A stretch of 64,000 nt of DNA from Chrysemys picta bellii (taxonomy: Eukaryota): positions 1,178,001-1,242,000 of the forward strand of contig NC_088806.1 in assembly GCF_011386835.1 (NCBI RefSeq). The letters run 5' to 3'. Positions 35,821-49,360 of this stretch are shown here, piece by piece. Below the pieces are notes generated by a model. The model saw only the letters and a program-made list of their open reading frames with translations. It ran no database searches and was not told where the DNA came from. Numbering within the stretch: position 1 is the first letter of the stretch; every line of letters begins with the position of its first letter. A program made the position numbers and the translations under genes.

Positions 35821-37084
35821 CTCAATGGTTCTAGACAAGCCTGTCGCTCTGATTGGCGGACGGGGTCTGATATGAGCTGCATCGGCTGTTGTTACAGTCC
35901 TGGGGGGCTGAGATGGGGCGATTGCCGGTTGAGGGACAGGGGGTAAAGGTGCCCACGTGAACCAGGTGCCCAGAGAGAAGACCTGTGTGGCTAACGGATA
36001 TGAACAGCTGGGATCTCTGCTCGAAGGGGGGCTGAGGTGTGGGGGGGAGAAGTGGGGGGGTGAGGGGAATAAAGGTGGGGGTTATATAGGGAGAGAGGAG
36101 GGTGAATTGCCTTGGGGGAGTCGAAGGGCTGAGGGGCCCAGGGTGGGGAGTCGGGGTGCACAGTGTGGGGGGAGAGGGGCCTGGAGGGTGACACACAGCA
36201 ACAGAGACGAGCGGGGCTGGGGGGGAGAGAGAGACATTTCGGCCTCCTTATCTCTGTTGATTCAGCGTTGCTCGTTTCCTGATAACGAGGCGCTCGCGAT
36301 AAACTGGCCCCGGCCACCAACCACTTCCCTCCCCCCCCACACGCCTCCCCCGGCCAGCTCCCCCCGTCCCCGCTGAGCAGAGAGCAAAGCCCCGACCAGG
36401 AGGAAACCACGGAGATGCAGCCAGGTGATAACTGGTGCATTAGTGCTGCTAAGACACAGCTGCCACCCACCCCTTCACGGACCGGCAGCTCCCCCCCCCG
36501 TGTCCCCCCCAGGGCCGGGAATGCTCGGCCGGTTGGAAAAAGTCAGGAGCAGCCACTAGTGCAGATGGCAGCCGCTCGGCCCGCCGAAGGCGGCGCTTCC
36601 GGGGCTCCGGGGTCGTCCCCCCATTTAACTGGTGCAAATGGTGCAGGACCTTGTCACGGTCGCCGTGAGCCCCACCGTGCTGCGTCTGTCCCCATCCTGG
36701 GGGAGGGGCATGGGCCAACCACGAGCCACTGGGCTCTGCCTGGGTGAAATCCTCCGGCAATGGGCTATGGGCCCCCTCTGGCTGGGGGACCCCAGGACCC
36801 CATGAGCTGCCCCGAATCGTGGGCGAGGAGGCTGCCGATCGGGTTAGCCTCAGCCCCGGCCCTTCTCCAGCGAGCCGCGGGGTGGGGATCCCAGGGCGCC
36901 TCCGGCACATGGCTGGCAAAGGGCCACCGGAGAAGCCACTAGAGCAGTAGGGCGTGTGGGTGCAGGGAGGGGATATTTGGGGCCCAGATCTGTCTGGGGG
37001 CTTTGCCTGGACTCTCCATTGTTGTGAAGAGGACAAAGCCAGCTCCCCACTCCCCTCCGGATCGGCCCCATGGGCCCTGCCAGC

Positions 37085-37245
37085 CCAGTATCCTCCCCTC
37101 CCCCAGCTCAGACCCCTAGCCCCAGCCACCTGGTCTCCCCCTCCCCAGATCGGACCCCTATCCCCAGCCACCTGGTCTCCCCCTCCCCAGATCGGACCCC
37201 TAGCCCCAGACACCTGGTCTCCCCCTCCCCAGATCGGACCCAGAC
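37085..37245. repeat. ~43-bp tandem repeat, 3-4 copies
   Basis: GGACCCCTAGCCCCAGCCACCTGGTCTCCCCCTCCCCAGATC. Confidence 0.8.
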
Positions 37246-38001
37246 AGCAGTGGGCTGGGGCCCCGGAGGGGTTACACACTCCCAGGCTGGTGGGGGGCAG
37301 GAATTGGGTCTCTCTGATCACACCTGGGTCTCATCTTGCAAGCGTGATGGGTGCCAGGCAGTTTGAGGGGGGAGGGGGAGTCTGAGCGTGTGAGGTTCCG
37401 TGTGACGGGTGGCTCTGTGTGTGTGAATCTGCTTCCACTCGTGTGTGCATGTGTGTCTGAATCTGCTTGCATGAGTCTGTGTTTGCACGAGTCTGTCAAT
37501 CTGCTTGCACATGAATGTTTGCACTTGTGTGAATCTGCTTGCACGAGTGTTTGCACAAATTTGAATGTGCTTCTGTGAGTGTGTTTGCACGTGTTAATCT
37601 GCTTGCAAAAGTGTGTGTTTGCACGTGTGTGTGTGAAGGGACTTTGTCTCTTTTACACACTGACAACCTTTGCTGACCCTGTCACCCCAATGCAGCTGTA
37701 GCCAATCGAACGGTGGGGTGTAGCCGTCTGAGTGTGCATCTGTGCCGTCCCTCTGCCCAGCTGTGATCTGCCTGTCAACAGCCTGGCCTGGTCCTGACAC
37801 ACCCAGGCTGGAGTGCAGGATGCCTGGGTCCTCTTCCCAGCTGACCCTGTGCCAATTCCAGCAGCATGCTGTGCCTCAGTTTCCCCTTCCTGGGGCCCCA
37901 CTCGGGACTGCGTGGCCCAGAGCCCAGGGTGACAGATGCGGCAGAAGCACCCGGAAGGAGGTGAGTCTGCGTGTGAAATGGGTCCACCCCGCTGCCGCCT
38001 C

Positions 38002-38009
38002 TGACGTCA
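38002..38009 (+). promoter_or_regulatory. Perfect CRE (TGACGTCA) 87 bp upstream of the leader ATG of the VJ-C1 gene
   Basis: Motif and position only. Confidence 0.4.
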
Positions 38010-38095
38010 CCCCCCACCCCGTCCCCGGGGGGTCAGGAAATGGGTCCACCCCATAGCGCCATCACAGAGGCAGAATCGCCTGGGGACCGTGTGCC

Positions 38096-38141
38096 ATGGA
38101 GCTTCCGATGGGGCTTTTCCTCCTCGTTCTCCACCTTGGGG
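38096..38141 (+). CDS. VJ-C1 gene exon 1: leader peptide
   Basis: 46 nt, [15 protein letters not shown], donor G|GTGAGT. Typical Ig/TCR leader exon size and phase. Confidence 0.78.
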
Positions 38142-41100
38142 GTGAGTCCGCTGCTGGAGGGGCACGCAGGCTGGAGGGTGGGGAGCCCCAACCCGGGGAA
38201 TTGAGGGTTGGAGATAAGACACCCCAGGGACGGAGAGCACCTGAATGGGAGAAATGGAGTTGGGCCCCCCCAGCAGGGAAATGGGGAGCCATAGATGGAT
38301 GGGTGCATTAAGGGGGTGGATGGATAGGGGGGTGCATGGGGATGGATGGGGGGACATTGGGCTGGATGGATGGATGGCTAGAGGGGACACAGGGACGGAC
38401 GGATGGATGGATGGACGGACAGACGGACGGGGGTACATAGGGACAGATGGACGGATGGCTAGAGGGTACACATGGATGGATGGATGGATGGATGGATGGA
38501 TATAGGGACGGATGGATGGACGGACGGATGGCTAGAGGGGACACAGGGACGGATGCTGGGTAACACAGTCGATATCTCCCCACTTCTGCCTGTGATCTGT
38601 GGAGGCTGCCGGGTCTTTGCCCCCCACGCCCCCCCGTGCAGTTGGCTGGACTCTAGTGGGGTTTGCGAGGGCGCTGGCTCAGCGGATGTAGGTTCACCGG
38701 GGGGGTGCGAAGCGGCAGGGGGGGATTAGGTGGCTGCGCAGTGAACTCACTCGGCAGCCCGACCACGCGCCCCGTGGAACGGCTCCTCGGGTCCCCGCCG
38801 GGACCGCGCTGGGGCAGAGCCGCTGCCAATGGCCCCGAAAGAAACACCCAGCGGCCGGATCCCCGGCCATGTGATGTGATGCCACTGGTGTCATGGCATT
38901 TCCCGCAGTCCTACCGGGGGCTGGGAGAGAACCCAGGAGTCTGGCTCCCAGCCCTGCCCCCCCCCCCCCCCGCTCTAACCCACCAGCCCCACTCCCCTCC
39001 CAGAGCCGGGGAGAGAACCCAGGCATCCTGGCTCCCAGTCCCCCTGCTCTAACCCACCAGGCCCCACTCCCCTCCCAGAGCCAGGGAGAGAACCCAGGAG
39101 TCCTGGCTCCCAGCCCCCCCTGCTCTAACCCACCAGCCCCCACTCCCCCACCCCGAGCCAGGGAGAGAACCCAGGAGTCCTGGCTCCCAACCCCCACTCC
39201 CCCACTCATGTGTGGCTGTGTGCACCGGTGTCGGGGTCTGTGTGGGTGTGAGCTCCCCACTCCAGGGGCCCAGCCCAGCCCCTCACTCCTCTCCGCTCCC
39301 CGCAGGGGCCCTGGCGGGGCCACCCCGGCTGACCCAGCCGTCCCCGTCCCACGTGGTGGACGAGAAGATCCCGCGGCTCCGCTGCCTGATGTCAGGGAGC
39401 GACATCACCACCCATGTCCTGTCCTGGTACCACCAGCCTCCCGGGCAGGGTCCCGTCTTCCTGCTGAGTCACCGGGCCGGGGACAACAGGCCCACGTACG
39501 GGGTTGGCGTCTCGGAGCGCTTCATCGCCAGCCTGGAGCGTGACACCAACGCCTTCAGCCTCACCATCGGCAACGTGAAACCCGCTGACGCCGGCACCTA
39601 CTTCTGCGCCGTCTGGTACGCCAACCAGTACCTCTTTGGAGAGGGCACCCGCCTCATCCTGGGAGGTGAGCCGCCAGGGACGGGGGGGATCCGGAACCGG
39701 CCCAGAGCATGACTAGAACCCAGCAGGGTGTTCTGGAGCGGGTTCTGGAGCGGCTCACATCAGGCTGGTGCCAGAGCTGGCCCAGAGCCGGCTGGGGCTG
39801 CGACCAAAAGAGAGAGATGGCAAACTGATCTAGAACCCACCCTGAATCGATCTAGAACGTGTCCCTAACCCTTCCAGATCAGAGTTGCGGAAATGTTCTG
39901 GAGCAGGCATGTGATCAGCGGGGACCATGCAACTGATCTAGAACCCACAGCTGTGTGATCTAGAACATGCAGTGACTCAATTTAGGATGTGCCCAGAACC
40001 TTTCTAGATTAGAGTCACAAAAATGTTCTGGATCTGGCCCATTAGTTGAGTGGGTTAGTTGGGGGCGTGCCTAGGAAAAGACCCGGGGCTGATCTAGAAC
40101 CCCATCCCAAATTGATCTAAAGAACATGCTGAGCCATTCTGGGTCAGATCCACCGAATGGTTCCAGAGGGACCTGTGGGGGCAGACCTAGAACCCACAGG
40201 GCGGCGATCTTGATTGCGAGGCAAAGCATTCTGGGTCAGACCCCCAGAAACGTGTGGGAAGCCGAGTGAAGCCAATTGGCACCGCATCTGGAACATGCAG
40301 AGAATCAAATCCAGAACCTATCTCTGACCCAGTTGAGGACTGGCCCAGAACCCACCTGGATCCTGTCTAGAAAGGACACCGAGCCGGCCCGGGAGACCCA
40401 TCGACCCAGCCAAAGGCTGACACTGGGACCACCCCAGAACCCAATCTAGAACCCCCAGAAAACCAGTCCCTAAATGCCTAGAACAGAGACTGGACTGATC
40501 CGGTGCCCACCTCGATGGGATCTAGATCCAGGACCCACCTAGAACCGAGCCCCCTCTCCCCCACAATGCCACCCCCCGACCTGACCCCCTCCCCTCTCTG
40601 GTTCCAGGTGATCCCCGGGAGAAGCGCCTGCCGCAGGTGGCCCTGCTGGGTCCAGCTCCGGCGGCCGGCCCGGCCTTCCTGTGCCTGGCCTGGGGGTTCT
40701 CCCCAGAGCCGGTCCGGGTGCGCTGGCAGGTGGACGGGCGGGAGCCGGGGCCCGGGGAGGCGTCCCCACCGGCGGAGGGCCGGGATGGGGCCGGGGCCGC
40801 CAGCCTGCTCAGCCTCCCGGCCCGGGCCTGGCTGGACGGCGCCCGCGTGACCTGCCGGGTGGAACACGAGACCCAGGCCCAGCAGAGCAGCGCCGAAGTG
40901 AAGAGAGCCGGGCGCGGAGGTGAGACCCCCCCCCCGAACCGCCAACCTCTCCCTCTCCCCCACCATGGTAACTCACCCCAAGATTTGTCGCTCCCCCCAC
41001 ACACAGGTTGCTCGGTATCCGCCGGAGACCCCCTCCCGCCGCCTGACCCTCTCGGCAACGGGACCGCGGGGAGCACCGCCCTCCAGAGCACCGGTACTGG

Positions 41101-41397
41101 ACCCCCAACCCCCCCCCCCGGGCCCCCTTTGGGGTCACAGCCACGGCCCCCGCTAACTGTCCCCTCTCCCCCGCAGGGGCCCCGAGCCTGGGCCGGATCG
41201 TGCTGACAGCCTGGCGCTGCTACCTGGGGTCACTGGCCGCCAGCTGCCTTTACGGCCTGGGGGTCTCCCTCCTCGTGGGGCTGCGAGGGCTGCAGGGGCT
41301 GCAGGAACCCAGGCGTCCGGGGCCACTCCCACCCCCTCCGGGAGCCCGACGGAGAGCGCCCCGGAGGAGAGCTGGCGAGGAGCATCGCTTCGAATGA
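38096..41397 (+). CDS. Non-rearranging antigen-receptor-like gene (leader, VJ, C1, connecting peptide, TM, tail), 5 exons, 341 aa; PRARP/VJC1-like
   Basis: Exons 38096-38141, 39306-39665, 40608-40919, 41007-41093 and 41177-41397. All four introns are phase 1, GT-AG. Total 1026 nt with no internal stop. Kozak GCCATGG. AATAAA at 41635. Confidence 0.88.
38290..38550. repeat. Degenerate (GGAT/GGAC)n repeat in intron 1 of the VJ-C1 gene
   Basis: Direct inspection. Confidence 0.85.
39306..39665 (+). CDS. VJ-C1 gene exon 2: V-set domain with germline-fused J segment
   Basis: [35 protein letters not shown], then [18 protein letters not shown] (FGxG J motif) and a phase-1 donor. No RSS between V and J. 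Confidence 0.93.
40608..40919 (+). CDS. VJ-C1 gene exon 3: Ig C1-set domain
   Basis: [17 protein letters not shown] and VTCRVEHE, the C-x3-GF-x-P-x6-W and C-x-V-x-H C1 signatures. Confidence 0.92.
41007..41093 (+). CDS. VJ-C1 gene exon 4: connecting peptide with Cys and an N-glycosylation site
   Basis: [29 protein letters not shown]. Acceptor ACACAG, donor G|GTACTG (weaker). Confidence 0.7.
41177..41397 (+). CDS. VJ-C1 gene exon 5: transmembrane segment and cytoplasmic tail
   Basis: [29 protein letters not shown] followed by a Pro/Arg-rich tail. Branch point GCTAAC near 41152, acceptor CCGCAG. Confidence 0.82.
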
Positions 41398-41634
41398 GAC
41401 TCCCCGGCCCCCGTTTGCTGCGTCCTGCTGGTCCCACCCCCAGTGCCCCCCTCCTGGGGACCGGGAACGCCCCCGAACTGGCCCCCCACAGTCCCCGCCC
41501 TGGACCTCCAGCCCCCAGCCCGGCTGTCCCGTGACGGCTGCAGTGGTGACCCCCTCAGCCCCTGCTAATCCTGCCCCCCCGATCTCTGACCCCCCACCCC
41601 CACCCCCCACGTGCACGGAGCTTGGCTATTGGAC

Positions 41635-41640
41635 AATAAA
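41635..41640 (+). terminator. PolyA signal of the VJ-C1 gene
   Basis: AATAAA about 240 nt after the stop codon. Confidence 0.65.
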
Positions 41641-42523
41641 GCCTTAAACAACTCCTGTGAGACTGACTCTGTGCACTGGGGAACCTCACCCCCACACACT
41701 GCCCCCCCCCGCTGCCCCTACTGCACCCCACTGCCTCCCACTGCCCCCCCTGATGCCCCCCACTGCCCCCCCTGCTACCCCCCCTGCTGCCCCACCGCCG
41801 CTGAGTCTGTGCAACCGGGGGACTCCTGGGTTCTCTCCCGGCTCTGGGAAGGGAGTGGGGGCTGGTGGGTTAGAGCAGGGGGGGCTGGGAGCCAGGACGC
41901 CTGGGTTCTCTCCCCGGCTCTGGGAAGGGAGTGGGGGCTGCTGGGTTAGAGCAGGGGGGGCTGGGAGCCAGGACTCCTGGGTTCTCTCTCTGGCTCTGGG
42001 AGGGGAGTGGGGGCTGGGAGCCAGGACTCCTGGGTTCTCTCCCCGGCTCTGGGGAGGGGAGTGGGGGCTGGTGGGTTAGAGCAGGGGGGGCTGGGAGCCA
42101 GGACTCCTGGGTTCTCTCCCGGCTCTGGGAGGGGAGTGGGGGCTGGTGGGTTAGAGCAGGGGGGCCTGGGAGCCCCCAAACTCCAGCCTTCTTCTGCCCT
42201 CAGGTTCCCCCCCCATTCCACTCTGTGGGGCAAAGTCCCTTCCGCTGTTAATTTTTAACCTGACCATCTCCCTGCCCCCCATCTGACCTCCAGCCACCCT
42301 GAGTTTGAATCATGGGGTGTGGGGGGGCAGCCACCCGCCCCCAGCGCAGCTTCTGCCAGGGAACAGGACATGGGGCATTTCCCCTGGGGGGAGGAATGGG
42401 GGGGATGGGAGCCCCGCCCCAGATAACAGGCCCTTATCTGCGGTGAGTGGCTGGGCCGGGCGGGGGCAGGGATCAGGGCCGTGGGGGCTGGGGCCGGGCG
42501 CCGTGGGGCCGGGGTTTGCGGGG

Positions 42524-44748
42524 ATGGGCCCTAAGCGTGTCCTGCTCCCCGTGGTGGCCTTCCTCGGCCTCCTCTTCCTCGCCGGCCTCCGGCTCCGTGA
42601 GTGACACCCCCCCGCGTCCCCCACCCCTTCCCCCCACCAGCCACCGGCCCTGCCAATGACCCCTCCGGCCGACACGCACAGCCCCAGCCCCCCTCACATG
42701 CCCCATACACCCTCCTGCCCCCCTCCCTCATTCCCCTGACCTCTGGGCCCCATGGCACTCCCCACCACTTCCCTCCAGCTCCCTCACCCCCCGCAGCGAC
42801 CCCCGCTTGGCACCCACGCCAGCCTCTAACTCTGGGAGTGAGCGGGACGGCCCCACAGACCTGCTCCCCCCCGCCACCCCCCCAGTCCCCCCAGCTCCCC
42901 CCGGTCTCCCCCCCCGCTGCATGCCGGGCTCTGTATGAATGCCTGGAGGGGCGGATTGTGTCGGTCCCTGGGGCAGGGGGGCTTTGCTCCGGCCTGCGTG
43001 AGCTGTCGCATGTACCAGGCGTGTTCTTAGCATGTCGCCTGCGTGTAGCCTGCCCCTGTGCCTAGACTACTGGCCGGACGCTTGTATGTTGTTAGCGTGT
43101 GCAAAGCCGGAGGCCGGCAGGGGACGCTGCAAGTAGCTCCCCGGGTGCATCATGTGTGTCGTTAGCATGTGCACACACACCCCTGTGCAAACCAGGGAGA
43201 CCATTGGGAATGTGGGGGGGGACTGTCTGCCTGTCCGCGTGTCTGAGCTCTGTCCTTCCCCCCCCGGCCTGGAACAGCAGAGCTGCAGCTCTCGGCCTGC
43301 GTTCGGGGCGGGCGGCCCTGTGGCTGGCTCGGGGGCAGAGGGGAGATGGCCCCCCCTGAACAGGACGGGAAGGTGAGAACCCCCCTTGTGCTCCCCCCCC
43401 AAACCCTGCCCCAAATCTGGCCCCCCTCCCATCCCTAACTCCTGCCCCCATCCCCACCCCAAAACCTCCCCAGCCCCCCCTTCCACCTGTCCCTCTTCCT
43501 GATCCTGACCCCCCCTCCCCGCCGCCTCACAGAGAACCTGTCTGCTGTGTCCCCTCTGCAGCCGCCCCTTCTCGGCTCCCGCCTGCCCCTTCCCAGGCAT
43601 GGGACCCTCCCTCCGCCCCGGGCCCCCCGCTGCCCAGGCCAAGGCTTCCAGATCGGCCACCTCCTGGCGGCCTTCAGGGGCTGCGTGACACCAGAGGGAG
43701 AAATCCTGCTGCAAGAGTATCTGGCCGGCTGGAAAGAACTAATCAAGTGAGTCCATCCCTGTGTAACTGGCCCGCCGCCCCGCCCCAGAGGTGGCCGCAT
43801 CTCAGTGCCGGGTGAGGGGTCCCCGGGTAACCAGCCACCCCGTCCCAGAGGTGGCTGCGTCTCAGCGCCGGGCGAGGGGTCCATGGGTAACCGGCCGCCC
43901 CGTCCCAGAGGTGGCTGCGTCTCAGGCCGGGCGAGGGGTCCCTGGGTAACTGGCCGCCCCGCCCCAGAGGTGGCTGCATCTCAGTGCCGGGCGAGGGGTC
44001 CCTGGGTAACCGGCCGCCCCGTCCCAGAGGTGGCTGCATCTCAGGGCCGGGCGAGGGGTCCATGGGTAACCGGCCGCCCCGTCCCAGAGGTGGCTGCATC
44101 TCAGGGCCGGGCGAGGGGTCCCTGGGTAACCGGCCACCCCGCCCCCAGAGGTCACCACATCTCAGCGCCGGGCGAGAGCTCAGCTGTCCCCTCTCTCTCT
44201 CTCTCTCCCCGCCTCACCCCAGACTGATTGACGCTCTGGGGGCCGCGTTCGGGCTCCTGGCCCGGGAGACGCAGACAAAGATGGCGATCCTGGAGGGACA
44301 CCGCTCGGGGCCGCACGCCCCTCACTACCACACCCTGCAGGCCATGGTGGCCTTTGAGCTGCGGCGCGGCCAGGTGGGGCTCCGGGTGCTGCCCCCGGAC
44401 CAGCCCCCCTCGGGGAGCCGGACCCTGCTGCGTCTCCACCGGGCCCTCAAGTGGCTGGAACTGTTCCTGGGCAAGCTGGGCCGCAGTGGGGTGGAGGAAG
44501 ACCCCTCCCAGCTGTGTGCCGAGGCCTACCAGGCAGCCCTGGCCCGGTACCATGGCTGGTGGGTGCGGCAGGCGGCCGAGCTGGCCTTCCTGGCCCTGCC
44601 CTCGCGCCGGGAGCTGTACGGGCTCGTCTGTGCCGAGGGGGAGAAGGAGGCCCGGGCCGTGCTCCTGGACGCCGTCGGCACCATCGCCAGGGTGTATAAC
44701 ATCACCCAGCAGCTCTACGCCACCCACGGCCTCTTGGAGCTGCCCTGA
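42524..44748 (+). CDS. GLTPD2: Glycolipid transfer protein domain-containing 2, 4 exons (42524-42596, 43278-43372, 43562-43746, 44223-44748), ~292 aa
   Basis: N-terminal hydrophobic anchor. GLTP-fold motifs YLAGWKEL, SGSRTLLRLHRALKWL, AY..AL..YHGWWVR, VYNITQ.LY. Total 879 nt in frame. The exon 3 acceptor could alternatively be 43535. Neighbouring genes fit. Confidence 0.88.
43768..44185. repeat. 60-bp minisatellite in GLTPD2 intron 3 (same family as 48478-48935)
   Basis: CCCCGTCCCAGAGGTGGCTGCATCTCAGGGCCGGGCGAGGGGTCCCTGGGTAACCGGCCG, about 7 copies. Confidence 0.9.
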
Positions 44749-44807
44749 GCGGCCGCCGGGGGGCGCCGAAGAGGACAAGTTGGGGGGCACCGGGTCTGCT
44801 CAGCCTT

Positions 44808-45015
44808 AGGGCGGGGACTGGCTGGCTCAGGGGGGCTGGGAATGGGGCAGGGGCCTGTCCCCTCTAGGAGGTGCCGGCTCCCCCCCGGCCCCAGGGCAGG
44901 GACTGGCTGGCTCAGGGGGGCAGGGAATGGGGGGCACCGGCTCCCACCCGGCCCCAGGGCGGGGACTGGCTGGCTCAGGGGGGTGGGGAATGGGGCAGGC
45001 GCCTGTCCCCTCTAG
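44808..45015. repeat. ~85-bp repeat family (also 56129-56360)
   Basis: GGGGACTGGCTGGCTCAGGGGGG...GGAATGGGGCAGGGGCCTGTCCCCTCTAGGGGG. Confidence 0.8.
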
Positions 45016-45418
45016 GGCAGGGCGTTGGGCGCGGTTGTGAACCAGCGGCCCCGGAAACAGGGGCCAAGTAAAGAGAAGCCCCGAGCTTGACGTGGTCACC
45101 GGAGTCTTTTGTCGCGAGACGCGTTTCGCCGCCCGGCTGAGCTGGTCTTGGGCCTCCTTGGGGGGAGGATCCCGTAGGGTTGCTCACGCCCCAGTAATGT
45201 GGGACAACCCCCCCAGGACCAGCGCCTGGCCCCTGCCGGGGGTGCATGGGGTGGGTCTCAGTGCAGCCGTGTGACCCCTGTGGGCAGCTCCCCTCCGGGC
45301 GCGGGGCGCAGCGTGGGCAGGGCAAGGGTGGGGTGGGCCGTGGGGCTGGGGGTGGGGGACACACATGGCGGGGGCGGGGCTGGGGGCGGGGCTGGCTGGA
45401 CGCTAGGGAGGTGGGTGG

Positions 45419-46121
45419 TGACATCACACGTGATGTGATGATGTCACACCCAGCCCTGCTGACATCACAGCCCCAGGCAGTGACATCACGGCCAGGCCAG
45501 GCACAGGAGGGATGTCACCCTGCCCCCCCCCGGTGACATCACCGTGATCTCACATGCGAGATGTGACGTCACCATGAAACGTGGATGGGTGCTTGGTGAC
45601 GTGGTGCTGACCAGGTGACGCCAGAGATTCAATCGATGACGTCAGATCCAGTGGCGACGCTGGGCGGGGCTCGCGCGGTGGCCACTCTGCCGTAAAGCGG
45701 ACCCGGCGGATGTCGCGAAAGGGGTATTCGACCCGCTGCCGCAAAGCAAGGCCAGAGCACGTCGCCATAGGGATGGCGGCCGCGCCGCCGTAAAGCGACA
45801 TCGCCTTGTGTGTCGTAAAGCCACTGGGCCGCTGTAGAGCGAAGGGCCGGGGGTCGAGAGGGCGAGCGGGGAATCCGCCACACCGCCGTAAAGCGCGACG
45901 CGGGTGGCTGCCGTAAAACGGCCAGCCGCGTGGGCTGAGCGTAGCCGTAAAGCGTCGCCGTCCCGTTCCCCCTCCCCCCCCGCGCGCGCACAAAGCGCCT
46001 TCTCACCTCGCCGTCAAGCGAGGTCGGGGGCCCAACGGGGTGGGTGTCGCAAAAACGCCTCGCCATCCCCCGCGCGCGGCGGTCGGGTTTTGCGACAGTG
46101 TCGCGCGGTGCTGGGGGACGG
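45419..46121 (+). promoter_or_regulatory. PSMB6 promoter / CpG island with clustered CRE-like and GCCGTAAA motifs
   Basis: High CpG density directly upstream of the ATG. Seven full TGAC(A/G)TCA and five GCCGTAAA motifs. Confidence 0.6.

Positions 46122-49360
<3,239 letters not shown>

Noticed and set aside
36157-36200. CACAGTG heptamer upstream of the VJ-C1 gene (and CACTGTG near 56025) as possible RSS
   Set aside because: No ACAAAAACC-like nonamer at 12 or 23 bp and not adjacent to any V or J coding end.
39306-39665. Reading the V exon as an ordinary TRGV or IGLV segment, or as a processed pseudogene of a rearranged transcript
   Set aside because: J is fused with no RSS, the leader-V and J-C introns are present, there is no polyA tail or TSD, and the C, CP and TM exons follow in frame.
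43984-44748. 254-aa ORF as a single-exon GLTP-like gene
   Set aside because: Its N-terminal part is intronic minisatellite. The true exon starts at the acceptor at 44222 and joins three upstream exons in frame.
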